From the NCBI RefSeq assembly GCF_037042905.1, contig NC_087251.1, positions 44,580,001 through 44,644,000 of the forward strand: 64,000 bases of DNA, read 5' to 3'. This document shows, in pieces, positions 34,901 to 48,198 of the stretch. Numbering within the stretch: position 1 is the first letter of the stretch; every line of letters starts with the position of its first letter. Origin of the DNA: Lytechinus pictus (Eukaryota). Made by a program: the position numbers and the translations under genes. The notes below the pieces were generated by a model. It was not told the DNA's origin. It saw nothing but the letters and a program-made list of their open reading frames with translations, and did not search any database.

Positions 34901-37900
34901 CATTAGAATTTATCAAAACTTTGGCAGCCCAACTGGACCACCAAATGTGGGCTTTTGCAGAATGTTGGTGGCCCTACTCTCATTTTTGGTTGCCCCGGGC
35001 CACTGCTAATGTCCAGCCCTGCTATGGGGCACCAACTATTAATACAGGGGTTATGTTTATGAGACACTTTAAAGACACCTTATAAAGTCAAGATTCTGTT
35101 AACATGTTGACACATGCACTCACTGATACCAGCAATACCCGTAGCATTTCCATTTATTTTAATGTATGATTATTTGAATGTATGAAGAAGTAGTAATTAT
35201 GAATTAATGCCTTGCTCGAGGGCACAGGTGCCATGACGGTGATCAAACTCCTCACTTTCATATTTCTAGAAAGGTAACCTAGACCACTCAGACAAGGCAC
35301 TTCTATTAATGTTTTGAAACATAATAAACTGAAAACATGACTTATTACTGTACCAATGGAACACATTTTCACACCTCTTATGTTATATTAAATGTATGAT
35401 AATTTAGATATGGATTACACTGCAGACAACTACATAATTGGCCTAATTCATTCTATGAAGATGACCAGTGCAAAAGGATTAGTGTGATAAGCTTACCCTC
35501 GCTTTCCTCAGCTCTGTCTTTTTCATTGCATAGTTCCTTGGGTTTTTCCTGAATCTTTCCTTTTCATGAACAATCTTTTTAAGAGGAGAAAATAGACGAG
35601 TGAAAAGATGTTATAAAGGTAAGACAACTCAAACATTACTGCTAACACTGCGCTTTAAACAGAGGACCCGTTACAACCGGTAATGTCGCAGCAATGCCTT
35701 ATGCCATAAGAACATGTAATTTACATCTTACATCACAATCCGAAAGATGTGATTGGGCCTACTGTTTGTGCTGTTTAATAGCGCAAACAACGTTTTTGTG
35801 CGGCTGGTACAGGACAACTCCTCTAAACTGTCTGGGAATATTAACTGAATCATAAAGAAAGGGCACAGTAAACACAATATAAGATGTAAGCACAATTTGA
35901 CATTTGCTGCTTCCAATAATTTTTAGCACCGAGTAGGACCATGTCTTAAACAAGAATATGGAATATATTTTTCCTGTCAATAACAGATGTCGCAGCTACC
36001 TTATACTTGAAATTCAGAAGACCTTCTTTACCTTTTCAATGTCTTCTTCTTTGTATTTGTAGTTGAGCGCCCTCTTGATTATTGCTTCTTTGTTCTCCAC
36101 ATCGTTGATGGTGGGCAGGTCATAATCTCCATTGATCATCTGAAATTAAATAACAAACACAATGCAGAAAAAATATTTAAAAACTAACCAATAAAATCAC
36201 ATTCCTACAACAAAGAATTACAATGGCTTATACCGATCCATGCTTGCAAGTACACACATCCCACATGTCAAGAAAATGGGACCAATTAGTATTAAACTGT
36301 AATTCAAAAATTCCTATGAATTTATTTTTACAGCTACTTATAAAACATCAGGATACAATATAATCAATAGTGAAAACTGCTCTCCTTTTTCACCTTAATA
36401 GAAAATGACTACATTACATCATTATCTAATTCAAAAGAATACCAAATGAACAGCATTGTTTAAGCAAAAGAACCCCCCCCCCCTTAAAAAAAAACAAAAA
36501 CATGTTCTTATTTGAAAATGAATCTTACATCTTCATGCCATCTCTTGAACTCTGTATCTGTGAAATCCTGATTTGAGACAAATTCCAATCTGAAGACACG
36601 TTCTTGTGAAGCATATCTGGATACATGAGACGTTAGAATAGTGTTACAAAGTCACTGAGGTATATTTTGCATATCGAGGGACAAAACTCGCTATAGGACC
36701 ATTAAATGGAAGATGTACAGACTTCCCACAGGAGGAGTAACTTTACAGATCTAATTGTTGTAAGGGCATGAGCATCAACTCGCACCTATTGTTGGAATTT
36801 ATCATGACCAAGATCAGCAGTGATTGGTACATAACATGTTCTTTGTTCCAAATCAATTTGTTTTTGTATATTGGGAACTATACCAGTGTAAATCAAATAT
36901 TGCAAATACATGCAACTATCAACATATTCAAATTTGTGCATAAACTTACTTAAATTAGGAAATTTCATGACAACCTGAAAGCATACACAGTCTTAGCATC
37001 AAATAATATACAGACTGCAAAATTGATTCTTGTATTTGCAGTTCATTTACAAGTAGAGAGTTTCATGAAGTTCCTTGTTACTAGATCCCCTGGTGAATGA
37101 AAAATTCATAAATTTTAGCAAGTCAATATAACAGGGTAAAAAATTACAGATTTATTAAATTATGGCTTGTTTTGTTGATACTATATTCTACTTACTTCAG
37201 TCTGAGACCTTTGTTTGTACGTGTGCTTCCAAGAGGGTATACCTTGGCTGTTTCTACTACATCAATTATTTCTGCCACCTACAAAGAAAATAAAAAATGA
37301 AAAAACCTCAATCATCACATAATTTCCACTAAAATGGAGATATGCTGGTCAGTGGTCATGTCATATAAATGAATTTTTAGTTTACTGGGCTTTTGTGTAT
37401 ACAAAGCCCAATATATTACGATGTTCCATCCAATCATTTGTAGGTGAAATGTCAAACTTTAGAGCATATAACTATTTCTGATAAATGTATAAGAATATGT
37501 ATGGGAAATAGCAACTTACTCTATAAACAGGCCTGCCGTTATTCTGTCCAATGCCAATACGTACAAAGCAGCCAATCGTTGTGTGGGGAAAAAAGGGCAT
37601 ATGAACCCACCTGAATAATACAAAACAAAACGTATAATGGAATTTTTTTTTTCCTTCAATGTATTATCTTTTTTAGGTCTTGTTTGAAAATTACACAAAT
37701 AATGTTTTCTGTTCTCTCTAAAATTCATTGTGTCCAATGCAAACACAAATGCTCTTGTCAATTTACATGTATAGCTTAACGCTGATCTAAAGGTTTGATA
37801 AAGGTTCAAAACTTTGAATTGTATCAAATAAGCTCTTAATCATCTAACAATATACTTCAATTCATCATAATACAAATCATTATCATTTGATTTAACAAAA

Positions 37901-40900
37901 TACTCGGTGAAGGATTTAATTTTCCGAACCAACATGAATACTTACTTTTCCATTTTATTCCTTGTTAATCTGATCCTGTTCAATTCCTCCTTGGTAGAAA
38001 CATACATGGTCATCTGCTCATCATCGTCACTGAAAACAAACACCACAGAAAACAATAAGTCATTGAAACAAACATATTTTCATCTATATTAAAGGCAAAA
38101 CAGTTATCACCAAGACATAAGGTTATCATCCCAAGCAGTTACCTCTACACCTGCAAACCTAAGCCGACACATTTAAAAGATATTCAATATACATGTAACA
38201 CGTCGTTGTTCCTGAATACTTACGAACATAGATCTTGACATATACCTTAACAAAATATGCATTTTGATGTAGAAATCTTTGGCAAGTAACCAGAAAATAG
38301 CTATTGCATAAACAATTTCCTAATTGGAAAATGAAAGACTGCTTTGAAAAAAAAAAATCTGGCAAATTACAAGATGGGAGTATGTGATTTTATTTACATG
38401 TACAAACAGGTCAAACTTTCCAACCATTACAATTACCGCAGAATGCCTAAATTCTGATACAATCAATATGTTGAAAGATTCTTGAAAAATTAAATCACTC
38501 ATTATTTCAGTCTTGAGTTTCACAACTGGAGAGCATTCCATAAAGCATCTTATAAGCAATTTTAAATAACGAATTTGCTCTCAACCAATCAGATGCAAGT
38601 ATTTCAGTAGCTAGTCACAAGGGTTAATGAAAACTACCAACAAATCATTCCATGAAATCCCCCCCCCCCCCCTCTGTCAATCACTCACTCATCTCTATCC
38701 GAGTCTGAAGCTTCAGAAGAAGCATCGCTTGGATCGGACGATCTTGGATCTTCCTTCCTCTCCTCATCATCATCTTCCTCGTCATCGTCATCATCGTCGT
38801 CTTCATCGTCTGTGTACACATCACTGGCTTTCAGGAGTTCCTTCCTTGAGGGTGCATTCTCAACTGCATTTAACATGAGAGGAAACGGCAGATTTTGTAT
38901 TATTTTCATTTTATTCTTTCATAATTATCAATAACCCCCCCTTGCATTCAGACTGTAGCATGAATAGAATTATGCCAATTTGCAGACTTAATAATGTATC
39001 ACACAAAAAAAAAACTAAAAAATATGAGGCCAATTATTTTTGTTTCACATTTTTTACAAGACGAATATACAGGTGAAATTTTTAAGGAGGACGTCTTTAC
39101 AAAACAGTTTCATGGTATTTCCTACGTAGAATATTAAAAAAACACACCTGATTTCTTCTTTTTTTCCCTGAGGGCTTTGAGATCCTCTATAGCTCTTGCT
39201 TTCTTGTCATACTTAGTTTCAATGGTCTGTCTCCTTTCCTTGCTACGGTTTTCTCTGGAGCTGTTGTAGACGTTGACAGCACTGTTTGGAGTGGGTGCGG
39301 CAGCAGCAGCGGCAGCCGACGGTGCACTGGCAGCTTGTTTCATCATTTCCTCACGCTTCTGCTTCTTGCGCTCCTTCTTCTCTTTCTTGAGCTTTCTTTC
39401 AATTTCATACCTATATTTATTATGAATACAAATGTATTTTGTGATTCAATATCTCTTCATTTTTACAATATAACACTTTCAAGTAACTCTTTTAACAGGC
39501 AACAAATAGTTCACATATCCAAATAGTATGAATAAGTGCGTTTATCGGTGACTGATGAAGGACTTGAAATTCTTGGTTTAAGGATTGTCAAATTTATGTG
39601 AATTCACTGGGCTGGCATAATCATCCCATTCAAAATGAAATGACAAAACAACTGCTTACAAAATGTATCCTGTTTGAAGGTTATGAAATGGAAATATTCT
39701 CTTATCCTCAGCATTTATTACCATAATGACCCCTGAACCTTACAATTCTTTTCAGCAGAATTTTATTCAGTATTTAAATGAGGAGGGAAGAGGGAGCGAG
39801 CTCTCAAAACGTTCTTCACATTTCCCAGAACACAAGCTCCTCTTTAAACTGACCTTGTCCTTAGGGCATCTCTCTTCTCTGATCTGTTGTAGATGACTTG
39901 TTCTCTTTCCTTCTCTGTCATCTTCTCCAGCATCGCCCTATCCTCCTCATCCCCGATGAAGTTCTCATCGTACCCATCAAAGAACTTCTCATCATCAGAA
40001 CCAGAATCGGAATCGTCACTCTCGGAATCAGACACTTCTCCTGAGAAGTGAACATATCAGATGGGAGTTTTGTAAAAACATTTTTTTTAAGTGCATCAAT
40101 CACTCCAAGAATGCTTGCTCTTCATGATGTAGGTTCCATGTTATTATTCATGTGTCAACAAATTATGGGCTTCATAAAAAGTATACTACATGTATTTAAA
40201 GCCCCCTTACATGCCCACCAAGATATAAAGGCTCAAACAGAACACAAATATCTGCTCATAAGGCTAACCTAAATTTCAACTTCGACCCTAACAACACATG
40301 TAATGCAATACTTACACAACACCATATCTTTCTATTAAAAAAAATCAGAACTGGAGCTATTGTCGCTCAAGATGAGTTGGATCGCCATTCATTAAGAATG
40401 TACATAAAAGCATCTTACTCAAATTTTAATGAAACATCACCTTGGAATCAATTTAAAGGTATTGAAAGACTACAATGTAATTAAGAAGGGTTTGACATAA
40501 CTCGGGAGGGAGGGCAGTGAGAATATTCCTAATGCACTGTACCTTCTTCAAGTGAAGACTTGTCAGAGTCACTGATGACCCCAGATCCATCAGATGCTGA
40601 CCGAGCCACCTTCTTCTTTGGGTTCTTCTTGATCCTGGATTTCTTTTTGTTGCCACCCAATGTCCACTGAATACAAAAATAGGAAAAATATCAAAGCTGA
40701 TCAATTCCTATCCAAAGAACAAAAATCAAAGAACGATCTAGACTCGAGATACGCAAATGCGTTTTTAGTAACCGGGTAGTGAATGACTGGAATAGCCTCC
40801 CCCAAGAAGTTATTGACTCAGGCTCCATCCATGTATTCAAATTATTAAAGACTCGATAAGTTTTGGTAGTCTGAGCGTTTCAATCTCCAATGATCAAAAC

Positions 40901-43825
40901 CGTCTCTGCCCTCCACGTGTGCAAGTTTTTGCTCTTGTAGAATAACACATCGTATGGAGATGGATGACTGTAATTTCAGATGAAGAGATCGAGGTCAACA
41001 GGATTACCTCACCTTGTAACATGATGATGACATAGATTTACATATATATTTATCCATGAAAAAAATGTTCTAGTGAAGAATGTTAATCCATTAAAATTAA
41101 AACACAATAGTGAAATAACTCACCATTATTTCTATGTGAGAAAATCATTTCATGTATGTTTTAATTACATCTAGATATTATTCACTTACTTAGTCCTAGA
41201 TACACAAGCAACCAGGCATTTTGTTCTTTTATGTAATGTGCTTCATTTTATGAATTTGAAAAAAAGATGAGTCAAAGCATCACTGGCTGCCAAGCACAGA
41301 TGAAGTGCACAAAGTCCATCCATCATTTTATTTCATAATTTAAAAATATTACAGAAACTATACCTGGTGGGTGTTTCATAAAGCTGTTCATAAGTTAAGA
41401 GCGACTTTAAGGACGACTGGTGATCCTTTCTTGTGGTAAATGGTATATTCATCGGCGATGGTTTAGCGCGTAAGAAAGGATCACCAGTCGTTCTTAAAGT
41501 CGCTCTTAACTTACGAACAGCTTTATGAAACGGCCCCCAGAATGCAAGGCTACATATTGAAAGGTGTTTGAGACAATTCATATTCTATATTTCTATCAAT
41601 AGTGCACATATAGGCCTATACTTAATTGAAAGAAGAAAAGGAATGTAATCAAGAAATAATATTTGCAAAAAAGTGCTATGCACATAAGTGCTAAAATTCA
41701 AAGAGAAACTATACTCACATCATCATCACTTTCTGATGTCTCAGACTCAGAATTGCTCTTTTGCGAAGTTGATTCCTTGGCCGACTCTGGCTCCACCTTT
41801 TTCCTTTTGGCTAAAGTAAGCAGTTCCTGGCAACGGCAATAAAATAAGAAAACAAGCTTATCAATAGTGGGATGAAAGGAAGAAAAGCTCTGTAAAGTTC
41901 AAATCAGAATTTTGAAGTTTTTAGTTCAGAAATAGGGTTTATTTAGTTTTGGAGGTTACATTTTATGTTTGGCTTAATGCGTAGATTTTCAATTGGAGCA
42001 ATTGTCACCAGAGCAAATGTCATGAAACTGGAAAAATACTAGCCTTGAGGACTCAGTGATGGTATTTTTAAATACACTTTTACATCATGAAGCCTTGAAA
42101 CCCTCCCCATACTTGCCTAAGCGGGACATGTAAACACGGATGGATTTCCCTAGGAAATCCATAATTAAAGGACAAGTCCACCCCAACAAAACAATGAATA
42201 GAATAAAAAGAGAAAAATCCAACTAGCATAACGCTGACAATTTCATCAAAATCGGATGTAAAATAAGAAAGTTATGATATTTTTAAGTTTCGCTTAATTT
42301 CACAAAACAGTTATATGCACATACCGGTTGGTATGCAAATGAGGGAACTGATGACGTCACTCACTCACTATTTCTTTTGTATTTCATGACATGAAATACA
42401 AAATATTCTAATTTTCTCCGCATTGTCCTGTGGAACAAAGTTTTATTTCTCCCTGGAAATGTGGAATTACCATTGTCTAACATTTTATGGTTCAGTCAAG
42501 TTGGTCCTTATTGTCAAATCTGTAAATTTGAAATATTGTATAATTCAAACAATAAAAAACAAAAGAAATAGTGAGTGACATCATCGATTCTCTCATTTGC
42601 ATGTGACTAAATTGTGCATGCAACTACTTAGTGAAAAATAACCGAAACTTTAAAATGTCATGACTTTCTTATTTTACATCCGATTTTGATGAAATTTTCA
42701 GCATTATGCTTGTCTGATTTTTCTCTATCAATTCAAATCAACATTTTTCTGAGGTGGACTTGACCTTTAAAGCTAGAAATCACGTAAATTTGTTGGATTT
42801 TATTTATCTATATAGGGAAAAATCCATCTGTGTTTACATGTGCCGCTTTAATAGGCAAGTATGGGGGAGGGTTTCAAGGCTTCGTGATGAAAAGTATATC
42901 TATGTAAAAATATTTTTAAATATCATCATGGAGTCCTCAAGGCTAGGTAAATACACCAATCATGCATTATTTTTAGCTATTAACTGGGTTACAATTAAAA
43001 ATCTTGCAATCTGATGATTGCATCACTGCATAATATCACATATATGTGTAGACATATATCACAACTATATTATCTGACAGTAATATTACAAATAATACCC
43101 ATCACCATGGGAATGAACAAGGTAGCTTCATAAAGTTCATTTGTATTACAGTTTTAACACAAAAAGGTTTTTTTTTTTAGAAATTGCAAGAAAAAATTGC
43201 TGATGGTGATGCCCCCACCAGCCACCTTAATTGATTGCCGTCGTGTCTACTTAATCATAGACCTACGTCAAAGAAGAAAAAAATCAAGCAATATTATTAA
43301 TGTGCAAACATTCACTCTCACTCTCAGTCTCACTCTTGGCAGAGAATCCAAAGACTGCATATTATTTACGACCAACATGTGCATGGTCATGGATGGGTCA
43401 TGGCCCATGCCATGCCATTAATTATTTCAATGTCTGCCTGATGACAAACTGATTTTGCTCAACGAATTTAACTTAAGTTTTTGCGATTGTTTTCTGTGCA
43501 AAACAAGCTAAGAAAATGCCAGAAGCAACCCGTCAGCAAATTTTCTTGCAGTTCCATTCCTATATTCCTGAAATTTAGTGACATCAAAATTCAAACACTC
43601 ACTTACTCAGTCTCAGCTAAACTTAATATTCTCAGAAACACACACTCACTGCATACTGCACTGCATGCAGTGCAAATAAATGTGCAACTATCTATCTGTG
43701 TCAGTGTCATGTCTGTCTGTGTGTAAAGTGAATGGAGAAATTACCTCTTCCAGATCCGATTCATTTTCCGATGCAGAACTGTCTGAATTTATCACTGCTC
43801 TGCTTGGTTTCTTACGTTTCGACAT
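31914..43825 (-). CDS. RTF1: RNA polymerase II-associated protein RTF1 (PAF1 complex, Plus3 domain); 17 coding exons, 689 aa
   Basis: Exons: 43825-43745, 41826-41719, 40666-40543, 40040-39854, 39410-39148, 38863-38689, 38029-37946, 37610-37520, 37278-37196, 36616-36529, 36139-36032, 35574-35497, 34743-34622, 34229-34094, 33369-33262, 32668-32539, 32017-31914. All are GT-AG, phases are consistent and the total is 2070 nt. Recognised motifs include [29 protein letters not shown], the Plus3 segment WVHMPFF...GCFVRIGIG...PVYRVAEI...[30 protein letters not shown] and the C-terminal [16 protein letters not shown]. Confidence 0.97.
33724..33879. mobile_element. PIF/Harbinger-like MITE (CWG target)
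   Basis: CTG|GGCCCTGTAACACAAAGGTTAGCGATTAATTGC...GCAATTAATTGCTAACCTTTATGTTTTACGGGCC|CAG. Confidence 0.7.
34787..35021. mobile_element. Degenerate hAT-type MITE in an RTF1 intron
   Basis: Flanking repeat CTATGGG on both sides, ends CAAGGCT / AGCCCTG, and internal GGTGGCCC repeats. Confidence 0.6.
40728..41025 (+). mobile_element. CR1-type LINE 3' fragment
   Basis: Translates as [38 protein letters not shown], the typical CR1 ORF2 C-terminus, followed by a short 3' UTR. Confidence 0.8.
41367..41537. mobile_element. PIF/Harbinger-like palindromic MITE
   Basis: CTG|GTGGGTGTTTCATAAAGCTGTTC...GAACAGCTTTATGAAACGGCCCC|CAG. A near-identical copy lies at 59397-59563. Confidence 0.85.
42040..42945. 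mobile_element. Palindromic TAGCC...GGCTA element containing a nested TTAA MITE (42169-42766)
   Basis: TIR TAGCCTTGAGGACTC / GAGTCCTCAAGGCTA with ~110-bp imperfect arms. Flanks are GAAAAATAC / GGTAAATAC (7 of 9 match). The inner element is bounded by TTAA at 42165-42168 and 42767-42770. Confidence 0.8.
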
Positions 43826-45246
43826 GGCGCTTGGGTCTTTCACTTTAATGGGTAGAATCGGGACTCAAATCGATGAAGTTCTTGCTTTTTAGGGCATTTT
43901 GTAGAGAGAGACCACGACTGAGATGAGTTCCCTTTTTTTCTTGTTTTACTTTTTTGCTAAACGCACGCACACGCGTGCAATACGTACGTACATCATGTAG
44001 GCTAGCTAGACGTACATGGCCGCGTATCGTTGCGATTTTAGCTGATAAGTTTTAAAACGGTACCATTACTAACCAATGTGCACACGCACGAAACAAGCAC
44101 ACGAAAATAAATGACAAATATTGTATGGTACTTTCATATAAGCAAATCGTGATTCTGAACATTTGGCATAATTACTCCGGCTGACTGAGAATGGGGGGGG
44201 GGGGGTGATTCCAAAGCACTGGCGTAGATCTTTAGATGGTGTGGGGTGGGGTTCCGCGACCAAGAAAAAAAAGAGAGAAAATGCGAAACATTTTTTTCAA
44301 CTTTTTTAGATTACGCCCAGGCCATTATACGTCACCATAAAAAAATATTTTCTCATGGTTTGCTCGCTTCTCTCGCTCTTGATTTTAAAAAAATGTCCGA
44401 TGCGCCATCAGTTATTGCTCCTCATTTTTTCTCTCCTGCGGGAACCACAGAATCTCCTGATTACCTCGATCTTCTTATAGGGGCGGGGGCGCGCGGTGGC
44501 GAGAAATCACCCCCCTCCCGCTGTTTGCACCATGAATGCAAATTAATACTTTTTCCTATATAGCATAAGGCTGAAGGTCTTTTATTACACGCAATCGCGC
44601 TTGGTCAACGTTATGAATTAAAGAAGTGTTGTTTTTCTCCAAAAATAAAGGCTTGACGTGAAATGACTAATTCCTTACTATAGTCACGAATGGCCAAGAT
44701 AATTGGAAGTATATATATATATAGGCCATAGTTTTATTTCCCCATCATGCACTCATTGATATCCGATTTTTTTGTTGTCTATTAACATGGAAGATAAAGC
44801 CTATAAGGAAATCGATGCCGTGGTGATGAGAAACCAAAAGAAGGCTATAGGGCCTACTTGATTACAACAACGGCTGGGGGAGGGGGTGGGGGCGGAAAAA
44901 AATGAAATAAATTATTTCTATTATAAAGCCCGGAAGAACTTGACTGCACAAGACACTGATTTGATTATCATTGAATTAACAAACGAGCCATTTAGCGACC
45001 GAAGAAAAATAGATTCCCTTTGCAAAATATAGTGACCTTTACATTAATTTTGGTACATAAGAAACACGACTCATTGATATAGGCTCTTGCGGCCAGCAAA
45101 GCGACAAAAGGCTCAACGCAACACAGCTCATACAGGCTCGATCCCTGCTGCGGCACTCCGTCCATATAGCATGAATTAAAATAAACTGCTTTCAAAAGGC
45201 CTGTAAGTTTATACCTGGCCTAGCCTAACAGGATATCAATCTGGTG

Positions 45247-46187
45247 CCGGGGGGGGGGGGGCACTAGCTTCCATTGACGAGTGCATGGATACCATGCGCC
45301 ACCATGTCCGGGTCTCGAAATAAAAGCCTTATTTTGAAAATGCACCAGGCCTTAATTTGGCGTGTAAATCCCTACCCTTAACAAGTATTGGAAACAAAAC
45401 GATATCTTGGCAAGTATTTCCTGAATTGAACCCCCAAACAAGTACAACGATATTTTGATTATTATGACGTCGGTTTTACCTTTACCTACATCATTGGGTT
45501 TATGACCCCACCTCCCACACACCGCCACACACCGCGCAATCGTACTCTAAACACACAACGTTAGCCTAGTGTAGCGGTTGGGGAAAAAAGTAAATCCTTT
45601 ATATAACAGTTTTTTTTAAAATTATTTTTGTGTTTTTGCCACCCTTATTACGTTACGTAACTTTGTAACGTGCCCTATCTTGAAAAAGACACCCCTTTTA
45701 CGTGTTTTATAGTCGCGCATGGTATCTATTCATGCACTTCCCCATATTTTTGATGCCATATGTTCACAAAAAATTAATTTTATCATAACTACCCCACGAG
45801 ACACTTCACTTCGCAGCGAAGACCTCTTTGTGTGAATAGCTTTGCACTTGTTCTGTAATTATGTTTAGATCAATATGATTTCGACCTATTTGTTCCTTCT
45901 CTTTTTTCTTTCCTGTATATAAACGCATAAATGAATAAGTCGATTATATTTTCTTCATTTCCGTGGGGATCCACACTTTACAAGCTTTGCTTTTTAGTGG
46001 ACCCCCCTCATTTCCATTTATGCTCAATATTATACTGTTTTTTTTTTTTTTACGAAGTAAGAATACTCGTCTGTAAAATTGTATTTCATTTGTATTACTT
46101 TATATTACTTTGTATTATGTTTTGAATGGAAATGGAATAAAGAATTGAATTGAATTCGTCAATGTAAGTGCCCCCCCCCCCCCCGGA
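45247..46187. mobile_element. CCGG(G)n-terminal MITE whose right TIR is interrupted by a LINE 3' end (~45732-46156)
   Basis: The left end CCGGGG...GCACT...CATTGACGA...GATACCATGCGC has its inverted counterpart split between 45714-45731 and 46155-46187. The insert ends with a stem-loop, AATAAA and (GAATT)n. Confidence 0.6.
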
Positions 46188-46726
46188 TCTGGTGGTGCAA
46201 AATTGAGCTTTCGATCTGGCTGCACGTACCCCTGCACAACTTAATTATGTTCATTGGAACTGTGCCCCACTTACAGTGGATGGGTGCAAAACTCCCTCTG
46301 TCTGCATTGGCTGACTTTCCGAAATCATAATTTAAACAAATATGTGAATCGCACAGTAGTTGTTTAAACAGTTTAAACAAGTGTTTAAAATTTCAAACAA
46401 CCTTGCTTAAATTATTGATAATTAAATATTTGAATTTAAACTTTGTTGTTTAAGAATTTGTACTTGTCTAAATGTTTAAACAACTTTTTTGGAGTTTTTA
46501 TTTAGTTTCATATCTGTTTCATCGGAATGTTGTACAAAATCAATAAACATGACAAGTAAAAAATAAAAAAAAATTATGCTTTGATAAACTAAATTAAAAA
46601 AAATTAAGCAAACTCAGATGATTTTGTATTTTAGAGTAAAACGGTGGGCTTACCGGAAAAGGCAAATTAAAGCTTGTATAAAAGGCAAGCCTCTATAAAA
46701 CTTTCTAAACTTTCTAGTGTCATTAA

Positions 46727-47513
46727 AGGACAAGTCCATTCCAACAAAAGATTGATTTGAATAAAAAGAGAAAAATCCAACAAGCATAACACTGAAAATT
46801 TCATCAAAGTCGGATTTGAAATAAGAAAGTTATGACAATTCAAAGTTTCGCTTAATTTCGCAAAACTATTATATGCACTTCCCGGTCGGTATGCAAATGA
46901 GGGAACTGATGTTTTATTGCTCCCTGAACATGTTGAATTACCATTGATAAACATTTTATGGTTAAGTCAAGTTGGTCCTTGTCAAATCTGTAAAAATTGA
47001 AATGTTGTATAATTCAAACAATAAAAACCAAAAAAATAGTGAGAGGGGGGACATGGGCGGAAATCACAGGGGGGACGTGTCCCCCCTACTCAAAATAGTA
47101 GTGGGGACACAATATCAAATGTCCCCCTACTATTATTTTGTGGTCTTTTATGATGGTAAGAAATACATCATTCAAAATCGAAATAAAACATGTATCTTAG
47201 GACTATATGACCTTACTTTTGGGATGGTAATCTTTTTTTTTTTTTGCTTGTCAAATTTTCCAGCTCCTTGTCCCCCCTACCTTTTGGGAGAGTTTTCCGC
47301 CCCTGGGGGGGGGGGGGGGACATCATCAACTCTCATTTACATGTGACTAAACTTATTGTGCATATATAAACTATTTTGTGAAAAATAAGCGAAACTTTGA
47401 AATGTCATAACTTTCTTATTTTATATCCGATTTTGATGAAATTTTCAGCATTATGCTTGTCTGATTTTTTTTATTGATTCAAATCAACATTTTTTTTGGA
47501 GTGGACTTGGCCT
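46727..47513. mobile_element. TTAA-target MITE with a nested hAT-like MITE (47052-47305)
   Basis: TTAA|AGGACAAGTCCA...TGGACTTGGCCT|TTAA. The inner element reads CATGGGCGGAAA...TTTCCGCCCCTG and sits in a G-run target. Confidence 0.85.
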
Positions 47514-48198
47514 TTAACTAAAAATTTACACACAAAAACTAAAGATTGAGTTCGTAATAAATGTACACTGTAGGCCCCTACATTTTTTAAATACCTTCAT
47601 GATGAAATATGCATAATAACCTCATAACCCTCACAAATAGGTCTAAACACATGCAGTAAAAACGCTATTTCAATTTTTATAGAAGTTTACAACGTACGCT
47701 GATTAGGCCTACTATATGTTTTTTAATCAGCTGTCTAACAGTTAAAAATAAACATAAAAATGATCTGTTTAAAAGATTGCAAACACTTGTTTACACTGTA
47801 AAACAACTGCTTTAAAATTAATATATTAACCAGTGTTGCAGACAATTTTTAAGAAAAATTTTACTGTGTAGTGATAGGCATCTAGGCCCCCGGTCTAGGC
47901 CCAGTTTAATTTGCAATCACTATAGCCATTATCAAGTTCCTATATAGGCTATATAGCTAGCTAGCTCTTGCCTTGAATTCGCACACACGATTGCTCGCTG
48001 GCGCGGGATCGATCGACATGCACGCAAATCAGCTGGCCTGGCGCAGGCGATCGCGACGACATTTAGTGTGCATTGTAGCTCCATTGTAACCTTTGGCTTT
48101 GCATTGTGTGATTAACATATTCATTGCATGTGTTGTGTTATGATTCATTTTCACACGAAACATGTATACCATTCTCGTTTGCAGCCTGAGAGTTCGAG

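Noticed and set aside
46352..47868. CACAGTA...TACTGTG CACTA-like element around the TTTAAACA repeats
   Set aside because: The terminal match is short and no TSD could be confirmed, so it is left unannotated.
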